Of a stretch of DNA of 41,300 nt, positions 1-6,479 are shown piece by piece (within the stretch, counting starts at the first letter, position 1; each line of letters starts with the position of its first letter). A model generated the notes under the pieces. It saw nothing but the letters and a program-made list of their open reading frames with translations. It ran no database searches and was not told the origin of the DNA. The stretch is taken from NCBI GenBank assembly GCA_002737585.1, contig NSIA01000077.1, positions 1 through 41,300 of the forward strand, in the 5' to 3' direction. This DNA comes from Planctomycetaceae bacterium (GTDB lineage: Bacteria; Planctomycetota; Phycisphaerae; Phycisphaerales; SM1A02). Position numbers and translations under genes: made by a program.

Positions 1-492
1 AATGTTGCAGACAAGATTCGATCGTTCCTGGTGGTCATCACCCAATTGAATGTGGTGCTTGCCGTCATCAACTGGATTGCCTGCATATCCCTTGGCATTC
101 CCTTTGCATTCCTACTTTCGTTCTTGGTGTTCTTCTTGAATTACATCCCAACCATCGGTGCCATTGTTGCCAGCCTGTTGGTGGTTGCCATTGCATTGGT
201 GACGCACGGCTGGGGCGTAGCGATTGCCATGGCGGTGGTACAGGGCCTCTCCGGCGTTCTCATCGGCAGCGTGCTGCAGCCGAAGATGCTTGGTTCCCGA
301 CTCGGACTTTCACCACTCATGGTGCTGCTCTCGTTGGTGGTGTGGGGTTACCTACTGGGAATCGCCGGCATGTTCTTTGCCGTTCCGCTCACCATCATCG
401 TGAAGATCGTGCTTGACTCCACCGACGATCTGCGCTCACTCTCCGTGCTGCTGGGCGATGCCGCCAGTGCGCGGGAGATGGAGAAGCGGTGA
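1..492 (+). CDS. AI-2E family transporter (PerM-like permease), C-terminal part; the 5' end lies outside the window
   Basis: The frame is open from nt 1. The product is highly hydrophobic with several TM helices. The motif 'FLNYIPTIGAIVASL...QPKMLGSRLGLSPLMVLLSLVVWGYLLGIAGMFFAVPL' is typical of the AI-2E/PerM family C-terminus. Confidence 0.8.
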   Translation, partial: NVADKIRSFLVVITQLNVVLAVINWIACISLGIPFAFLLSFLVFFLNYIPTIGAIVASLLVVAIALVTHGWGVAIAMAVVQGLSGVLIGSVLQPKMLGSRLGLSPLMVLLSLVVWGYLLGIAGMFFAVPLTIIVKIVLDSTDDLRSLSVLLGDAASAREMEKR

Positions 493-496
493 AGCA

Positions 497-1690
497 ATGA
501 CGGTCACCGGCGCTCTCAGCGCTTGGGAATCGCTCACGTTGCCTGCTGCAGTGCCTCTGCTTGAGTCGTTGCGCGGTATTGATTCCACACCAGCCGCTGC
601 AGTGATCGAACGCTTACGGCGAACGTGGCCAGCGGAAACGGTCAACGCTGCCATGGAACTTTCCATCGCGCGCTTGCGCGCTCGACCCAAGTTTGCAGAA
701 CGCGCCGCAACACTGTGGTGCGATCGCAGCGGAGTAGAAATGTCCAGCTCGCCTGCGACTGCGCGCTGGAAGGCGGCACGCTTCCAACGTGCTGGAGCCA
801 CGCGCATTGATGACCTGTGCACCGGTATCGGCGGTGACCTCATGGAACTGGCGCGCGTGGCAGAAACCAGTGGCGTTGACCTTGATCCATTACGCGCATG
901 GATGGCTGCGCGCAACGCCGGCGTCACGGTGCGCACTGCCGATGTACTAACTGATCCCGGCACTGCGCCGTTTGCGCATGCGGATCCGGCGCGCCGTTCG
1001 TTTGGAGGCAATCGCATCTTCCGCGCTGCAGATCTGCTGCCGGCACTGGAAACCGTTCGTGAATTGCTGCGTAGCCGCACTGGCTATGCAATCAAACTTG
1101 GGCCCGGCATGGATCTAGAAGCAAGCGAACATGCGCCCGGCGATGAACTGGAATTCATCAGTGAATCTGGTCGATTGTTGCAGCAAGTGCTGTGGACAGG
1201 TGCGTTGGCACAAGCACCCGGCCAACGCACCGCTTCGCGTGCATGTAGCGGCGCATCAGTGAGTGGCACGCCTGGCGATGCCGCCACTGGCGAGTCGCGC
1301 ATGTTGAAGATGATGTTCGTTCCGGACCCAGCGCTGGAGCGCGCCAAACTGTTGGGACTCTTTGCCGATCGATTGAACGCCGTGGATGCAGCACCTGGAC
1401 TGGGAATCTTGACCAGGGATGACTGCGCCCCGCTGTCACCGGACTGCACCGAGTGGTTTGAGCAGTTTGAAGTGGTTGAAGAATTGCCCGCACGTGAGCA
1501 AACGGTCGCCGCATGGCTTGCTGAGCGCGGCGCCGGTATTGTCACTGTGCGTACCCGCGGCGCCGCTTGCGACCCGGATGCATGGCAGAAGGCACTGCGT
1601 GGTCGCGGCGAAACACCGTGGACGGTCTTTGTACTACGACTGGGATTGCGGCGAATGGCTTACGCCGTTCGACGCGTGAATTCTTGGTGA
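497..1690 (+). CDS. Class I SAM-dependent methyltransferase with a THUMP-like C-terminal region
   Basis: The ATG at 497 lies 5 nt after the upstream stop and follows GGAGAAG. 'IDDLCTGIGGDLMELAR' is a motif-I-like SAM-binding loop. Length and layout resemble THUMP-like methyltransferases. The ORF-track start at 413 overlaps the upstream gene and is less likely. Confidence 0.6.
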   Translation: MTVTGALSAWESLTLPAAVPLLESLRGIDSTPAAAVIERLRRTWPAETVNAAMELSIARLRARPKFAERAATLWCDRSGVEMSSSPATARWKAARFQRAGATRIDDLCTGIGGDLMELARVAETSGVDLDPLRAWMAARNAGVTVRTADVLTDPGTAPFAHADPARRSFGGNRIFRAADLLPALETVRELLRSRTGYAIKLGPGMDLEASEHAPGDELEFISESGRLLQQVLWTGALAQAPGQRTASRACSGASVSGTPGDAATGESRMLKMMFVPDPALERAKLLGLFADRLNAVDAAPGLGILTRDDCAPLSPDCTEWFEQFEVVEELPAREQTVAAWLAERGAGIVTVRTRGAACDPDAWQKALRGRGETPWTVFVLRLGLRRMAYAVRRVNSW

Positions 1691-3372
1691 ATGCGGGCGA
1701 GTGACGCTTCGGGGGTCATTGCCACGTGCGGCGGAAGCGTTACCGGCGCACTGAATACATGCAGCCCAACAATCGCCTGCAATTTGCGGCGATCAATCGA
1801 AACGATGACTTTCGCAAGCTCTGGGTCAAAGTGCGTGCCAGCACACCGTGCAATTTCTTCAAGTGCTGCAGACATCGGACGCGCGCTGCGGTAGGTGCGA
1901 TTGGTGGTCATTGCATCAAGTGCATCAGCAATGGCAATGAGTCGACCGAGTAGCGGAATCCGCTCACCGGAAATGCCGTGCGGGTAGCCACCGCCCGCGA
2001 ACCGTTCGTGGTGATGCATGACGCCACACAAGATGTCACTCATCTGCGGGATGCCGCGCAGGATGTCGTGCCCAATCACTGGATGAGCGGCAATCTGCTG
2101 GAACTCTTCGTCAGTCAGTTTGCCAGGCTTGCGCAACACCTCTTCACTGACACCAATCTTGCCGATGTCGTGTACCAGACCGCACAGCCGGGCGCGTCCT
2201 GCATCGACTTCATTCATCCCAGCATGGGTGGCCAAGAGGTGCGCAAAGTCAGCAACGCGCGCCGAGTGACCGCGCGTGTACGGATCCTTGGCATCAATGG
2301 TGCCAATCAAGGCATGCATGGTTCCGTCAAACATGGCGCGCTGCTCTGCTTCAAGCTGAGCATTTACTCGTAGCCGTTCCATGTTTGCAAGCGCAAGTGC
2401 TGCCACCGCGGCGACCGATCGGACCAAAGCGGCCACGGGTTCAAGCGGGGTTCGAAATGCGCCACCGTCGGCCAGATACAGCAGCCCAAAGAAGCGATTT
2501 CCAAGTTCAACTGGCACACATACCACCCGTGCCAGGCTCAGACGCGCCAAGGTGTGGTGCGCATCCGCGGCTTCGCCAGCGTCGCTGACCACCACTGCAC
2601 CAAGCCGCGCTCGCGCAAGAACACTTTGACTCAAGCGCACATGACAAGCACGCGGACCGCGCGATGCAACAGCAACCAGCGCACCGTCTGCCGACACCTG
2701 TTTCACAAATGCAACTTCAGCAAATCCACTGATGCGCGCGATAGCGTCTATGGCGGCATCGGCAATTGCTTGTTCGTCCTGGGCGGCATGAATCGCTGCG
2801 CCAATGGCAAGTACGGCGTCAAGATGCTTCGCTTCCAATGCGGCTGGTGCAAGTGCGTCAATGCGCTCGGTGCTGCGCGGTTGCGCACGGCCAATGATGG
2901 TCTGGGATTCCAGTGGCGCCGGACGCTGGAAGTGAAAGTCCATGGGCCCAATTGCAACGCGATCACCTGGCGATAGCGGCCGCGATTGGAACGCCACCAA
3001 TTGCACGTCATTGACGCGTGTACCGGAAGCGCTTCCATGATCAGTGATGCGCCACGTGCCGCCGCTGACCGGGTCGGGCGTCCACTCAAATGCCGCGTGA
3101 TCTCGGCTCACTGCTGGATGCGTCAGCACCAATGCATTGGCAGCACCGCGGCCAACGCTGACAATGCCGGGGGCCTGCAAGCGATGACGGACGTCGCCGG
3201 TGTCGCTGCGGTGCACAAGCCAATGCTCGTAGGAGGCGTGGGTAGTCACGGAATTGCCATCGGCGCTCAGAATGCCCGACTTTCGTGCAATTCCCAAATT
3301 CCTTACTCGGACTACCATTTCCGTCCCGGGCGAGCTTGTAACCCGTTCGTTACGGGAACCAAGCACGCGCAT
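1660..3372 (-). CDS. FHA - GAF - HD-GYP multidomain protein (putative c-di-GMP phosphodiesterase)
   Basis: The N-terminus is FHA-like ('VSVGRGAANALVLTHPAVSRDHAAFEW...WRITDHGSASGTRVND'). The central region is GAF-like. The C-terminus carries 'HDIGKIGV' and 'HHHERFAGGGYPHG...IADALDAMTTNRTYR', which is the HD-GYP signature. The start could also be the Met at 3321. Confidence 0.85.
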   Translation of the reverse strand: MRVLGSRNERVTSSPGTEMVVRVRNLGIARKSGILSADGNSVTTHASYEHWLVHRSDTGDVRHRLQAPGIVSVGRGAANALVLTHPAVSRDHAAFEWTPDPVSGGTWRITDHGSASGTRVNDVQLVAFQSRPLSPGDRVAIGPMDFHFQRPAPLESQTIIGRAQPRSTERIDALAPAALEAKHLDAVLAIGAAIHAAQDEQAIADAAIDAIARISGFAEVAFVKQVSADGALVAVASRGPRACHVRLSQSVLARARLGAVVVSDAGEAADAHHTLARLSLARVVCVPVELGNRFFGLLYLADGGAFRTPLEPVAALVRSVAAVAALALANMERLRVNAQLEAEQRAMFDGTMHALIGTIDAKDPYTRGHSARVADFAHLLATHAGMNEVDAGRARLCGLVHDIGKIGVSEEVLRKPGKLTDEEFQQIAAHPVIGHDILRGIPQMSDILCGVMHHHERFAGGGYPHGISGERIPLLGRLIAIADALDAMTTNRTYRSARPMSAALEEIARCAGTHFDPELAKVIVSIDRRKLQAIVGLHVFSAPVTLPPHVAMTPEASLARIHQEFTRRTA

Positions 3373-3392
3373 TCATCAGCAGGAGCGACATC

Positions 3393-3722
3393 ATGGCCGG
3401 ACCCGACACCATCACAATTACCGCCGCAAACTTTCAGTCAGAGGTCCTCGAATCCGCCGTTCCGGTGCTTGTTGATTTCTGGGCCGAGTGGTGTGGCCCG
3501 TGCCGCATGCTTGCCCCAACCATTGACCTGGTGGCCACTGAAGTGAAGGGCAAAGCCAAAGTTGGCAAGTTGGATATCGACAGTGCGCAGGAGTTGGCTG
3601 TCAGCCTTGGCATTCAATCGATCCCCACGGTGATCCTGTTTAAGAACGGCCAGCCTGCAGGCAAGTGGGTCGGCATTCGTCCCAAGGGCGACTACGTGAA
3701 CGCGATCACTGCAGCGCAGTGA
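3393..3722 (+). CDS. trxA: Thioredoxin
   Basis: The 109-aa product has the active site 'WAEWCGPCRMLAP'. AGGAG sits 7 nt upstream of the ATG. Confidence 0.95.
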   Translation: MAGPDTITITAANFQSEVLESAVPVLVDFWAEWCGPCRMLAPTIDLVATEVKGKAKVGKLDIDSAQELAVSLGIQSIPTVILFKNGQPAGKWVGIRPKGDYVNAITAAQ

Positions 3723-3773
3723 TTGCCCGCGAATCGCGCACTGCACGCTGCCTGTCCACGTGTTATTGATCCA

Positions 3774-3806
3774 AGCGCCGCGCGCATGTTTCACGCCCGC
3801 GGCGCT
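3774..3806 (+). terminator. GC-rich hairpin downstream of trxA (possible terminator, no U-tract)
   Basis: AGCGCCGCG (3774-3782) pairs perfectly with CGCGGCGCT (3798-3806). The following sequence is not T-rich, so termination function is uncertain. Confidence 0.3.
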
Positions 3807-3833
3807 TGTGCGTCACGAACGCGAGGGTATAAT
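3806..3833 (+). promoter_or_regulatory. Candidate sigma70-type promoter for tRNA-Ala
   Basis: TTGTGC (3806-3811), a 16-nt spacer, then a perfect TATAAT (3828-3833). It lies about 38 nt upstream of the mature tRNA 5' end. Confidence 0.4.
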
Positions 3834-3871
3834 ATCCGTTCACTTCGGCACCGACTGGTGTGCCAATCGCT

Positions 3872-3944
3872 GGGCCTGTAGCTCAATTGGAAGAGCGCTT
3901 CCATGGCATGGAAGAGGTCGTCGGTTCGACCCCGATCAGGTCCA
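3872..3944 (+). tRNA. tRNA-Ala (anticodon GGC)
   Basis: I folded the cloverleaf by hand. Acceptor GGGCCTG/CAGGTCC includes the Ala-identity G3:U70 pair. D-arm is GCTC/GAGC. Anticodon stem is CTTCC/GGAAG with loop ATGGCAT, the same loop as E. coli tRNA-Ala(GGC). T-arm is GTCGG-TTCGACC-CCGAT, and the discriminator is A. CCA is not encoded. Confidence 0.95.
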
Positions 3945-3954
3945 CTCGCAGCGT

Positions 3955-3993
3955 AAGAGGCCAGCAATCACTGCTGGCCTCTTGCCGTTTTGG
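3955..3993 (+). terminator. Rho-independent terminator after tRNA-Ala
   Basis: There is a perfect 12-bp stem, AAGAGGCCAGCA / TGCTGGCCTCTT, with loop ATCAC. It is followed by GCCGTTTTGG. Confidence 0.75.
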
Positions 3994-4062
3994 TTGGTAT
4001 TGAGCCAGTATCGGCCACGCGGGCAGCCGTCGAGCCCATGCATACCGCGCTAGGCTCTTGGT

Positions 4063-4410
4063 GTGCCAACCACCATCACCGTCATCGAATCCGCGGATAC
4101 GTTCACGCACGTGCAGATCATCGGGCCGCTCGATATGGCGGGCGTTGGCGCCATCGATCTCAAGCTCACCGCTGCGACTGCTACGCGCCGCAAGCACACC
4201 ATCCTTGATATGACCGAGGTGCCATTCATGGCGTCCTTGGGCATGGGACTCCTGGTGCAGATCGCTCGGGCACTGACCGCGCGCGAGCAGCGCCTGATTC
4301 TGCTGACTCCCAGCGATACCGTGGCGATCGCCATCCGGACTTCACGTCTCGACACCGTGATGCCGATTGCTGAGAGCCTTGAGGCTGCGCACGGTTTGCT
4401 GAAGGCGTAA
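4063..4410 (+). CDS. STAS-domain protein (anti-sigma-factor antagonist family)
   Basis: The 115-aa product starts at a GTG. 'ILDMTEVPFMASLGMGLLVQIAR' aligns with the SpoIIAA/RsbV 'DLSxVxFMDSxG' region, and the phosphorylatable Ser position is kept. It has the typical beta-alpha STAS length. Confidence 0.8.
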   Translation: MPTTITVIESADTFTHVQIIGPLDMAGVGAIDLKLTAATATRRKHTILDMTEVPFMASLGMGLLVQIARALTAREQRLILLTPSDTVAIAIRTSRLDTVMPIAESLEAAHGLLKA

Positions 4411-4522
4411 TTCCGAAGCGCTCGTCACGTCACCTGCGCCCACCGCCATCGGTGGCGTTCAAGCGCGCGTGTGTTGCCTCCGCCGCGACACGGCATGATC
4501 TCCCCGGCTTTACCATCTGTGG

Positions 4523-5962
4523 ATGCAGACTTCGTGCTTCATTGACGGAACGTTCGTACCCGCGCGCTCCGGGCGCACCTTTGCGGTCCACAACCCAGCA
4601 ACAGACGCAGTGATTGCGCAGGTTGCAGATGGTGATGCGGGCGATGCGCGCGCCGCTATTGACGCAGCGGCGCGCGCGTTTCCTGCGTGGAAGAACATGG
4701 CAGCCATCGAGCGCGCCAAGCCATTGCGGCGTTTGGCGGAACTGATGTTGCGCGACGTGGAGCGCCTTGCCGACCTGTGCAGCCAAGAGTGCGGCAAGCC
4801 GCTCGCAGAGGCGCGCGTTGAAGTTGCCTACGCGGCGAGCTTTCTTGAGTGGTACGCCGAGGAAGGCAAGCGTGTCTACGGCGAAACGATTCCAGCGAGC
4901 GATCCAGGTAAGCGCTTGTTGGTGCTGCGCCAACCATCGGGTGTGGCGGCAGCAATCACCCCATGGAACTTTCCGATCGCCATGGTGACACGAAAGATGG
5001 GACCGGCACTTGCTGCTGGTTGCACGCAAGTTGTCAAACCCGCCGAACAGACGCCACTGAGCGCACTGGCGATTGCAGAACTCTCCGTTGAAGCTGGATT
5101 CCCTACCGGTGTGTTCAACGTCATCACTGGACTTAATGCGCCTGCCATCGCAGACACATTCTTTGATGGCCTGACCGTTCGCCATGTGAGTTTCACAGGC
5201 AGCACAGAAGTTGGTCGAATTCTCTTGGCTAAGAGTGCCGCCAATGTGGTGCGCGTTTCCCTGGAACTTGGCGGACATGCGCCATTCATTGTCTTCAACG
5301 ACGCGGACCTTGATAAAGCGATTGTTGGCGCCATGGCAAGTAAGTTCCGCAACGCCGGGCAAACCTGTGTGTGCGCCAATCGGTTCTTGGTGCAACGCGG
5401 AGTGCATGATGAATTCGTCAAACGGCTGACCACCGCGGTAGCAGCGCTGAAAGTTGGCGATGGCCGTGCGCCGGGCACGCAAGTTGGACCGCTGGTCGAC
5501 GATGCCGGTATTCGGAAAGCCGAAGCACATGTGGCCGATGCGCTGGCGCACGGTGCACAGGTAACTACTGGTGGCGCCCGTGTCACCGTGCCCGGTGGCA
5601 CCAACCGATTCATGGCGCCAACCGTTCTCTCCGGCGTGACCCCCACCATGTTGTGCTTCCGCGAGGAAACCTTCGGTCCCATTGCACCGGTGTGCGCATT
5701 CGATACCGAGTCCGATGCATTGGCGATCGCCAACGGCACTCCGTACGGGCTCGCGGCCTACCTCTTCACCGCCGACGGTGCACGGATCATGCGTATGGTG
5801 GAAGCGCTGCAGTACGGCATCGTTGGAGTCAATGACGCACTACCAGCCACCGCACAGGCGCCGTTCGGTGGCGTAAAGCACAGCGGACTTGGCCGCGAAG
5901 GCGGACACCACGGGATCGAGGAGTACCTTGACCTCAAGTACGTGAGTTGGCGAATCAGCTGA
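4523..5962 (+). CDS. gabD: NAD(P)-dependent succinate-semialdehyde dehydrogenase (aldehyde dehydrogenase family)
   Basis: 'YAASFLEWYAEEGKRVYGETIP...AAITPWNFPIAMVTRKMGPALAAGC', 'FTGSTEVG', 'ELGGHAP' and the catalytic 'QTCVCANR' together give a GabD-like pattern. Confidence 0.9.
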   Translation: MQTSCFIDGTFVPARSGRTFAVHNPATDAVIAQVADGDAGDARAAIDAAARAFPAWKNMAAIERAKPLRRLAELMLRDVERLADLCSQECGKPLAEARVEVAYAASFLEWYAEEGKRVYGETIPASDPGKRLLVLRQPSGVAAAITPWNFPIAMVTRKMGPALAAGCTQVVKPAEQTPLSALAIAELSVEAGFPTGVFNVITGLNAPAIADTFFDGLTVRHVSFTGSTEVGRILLAKSAANVVRVSLELGGHAPFIVFNDADLDKAIVGAMASKFRNAGQTCVCANRFLVQRGVHDEFVKRLTTAVAALKVGDGRAPGTQVGPLVDDAGIRKAEAHVADALAHGAQVTTGGARVTVPGGTNRFMAPTVLSGVTPTMLCFREETFGPIAPVCAFDTESDALAIANGTPYGLAAYLFTADGARIMRMVEALQYGIVGVNDALPATAQAPFGGVKHSGLGREGGHHGIEEYLDLKYVSWRIS

Positions 5963-5968
5963 GCGGGC

Positions 5969-6403
5969 TCAGGCGCCTGGCTTCTTGTCTCCGGACCGAA
6001 CAGCACCGGCGACGCGATCCGTGGCTCGATTTGCTAATTCGGAAATCTTCGCCATCTCCGCCAGGCTGCGAAGGTTGGAGAGTTTGTTCAAGAACCGAAT
6101 GGCAACAAAGACGCTGAATGCAACAATGCCAAACTGAACCACCGTGTCGATGAACGCGCCGTAAGTGATGGCCACTGCTGCCTGTGCCGCAACACCATCT
6201 GCCGCCGCCACTGCTGGCTTGATGACCCACTTCAGGTCAGTGAAATTTACACCGCCAATGGCCCAACCAAGTGGCGGCATGAAGATATCGGTAACGATCG
6301 AGTTCACGACCTTGCCAAAGGCGGCACCAAGAATCACACCAACCGCTAGATCGAGTGCGTTGCCCTTGACAGCGAAATCCGTGAATTCTTTGATGAAGCC
6401 CAT
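5969..6403 (-). CDS. mscL: Large-conductance mechanosensitive channel
   Basis: The start is 'MGFIKEFTDFAVKGNALDLAVGVILGAAFGKVVNSIVTDIFMPPLG', the canonical MscL N-terminus. The ORF-track start at 6535 adds 44 non-homologous residues and is rejected. Confidence 0.9.
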   Translation of the reverse strand: MGFIKEFTDFAVKGNALDLAVGVILGAAFGKVVNSIVTDIFMPPLGWAIGGVNFTDLKWVIKPAVAAADGVAAQAAVAITYGAFIDTVVQFGIVAFSVFVAIRFLNKLSNLRSLAEMAKISELANRATDRVAGAVRSGDKKPGA

Positions 6404-6479
6404 AGGTTGAGTCCTGAGTGTTGCGAAGTGAACGTGCCGAAGAGTAGCCTGAGAAATTGACTTGTGCCGGCGGCGTTCA

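Noticed and set aside
3872-4062. The tRNA-Ala as an integration hotspot, meaning a genomic island beginning at its 3' end.
   Set aside because: There is no integrase, no direct repeat of the tRNA 3' end downstream and no compositional break. The following genes are ordinary housekeeping or signalling genes.
4430-5551. A 373-aa ORF antisense to gabD. Similar long antisense ORFs occur at 436..1080, 4876..5739, 13626..14486, 15510..16307, 18265..19233, 25839..26795 and 28809..29789.
   Set aside because: All lie opposite genes with unmistakable family motifs. Their translations are Arg/Ala/Ser/Pro/Cys-rich low-complexity strings, typical of stop-poor antisense frames in GC-rich DNA. None shows a recognisable motif.
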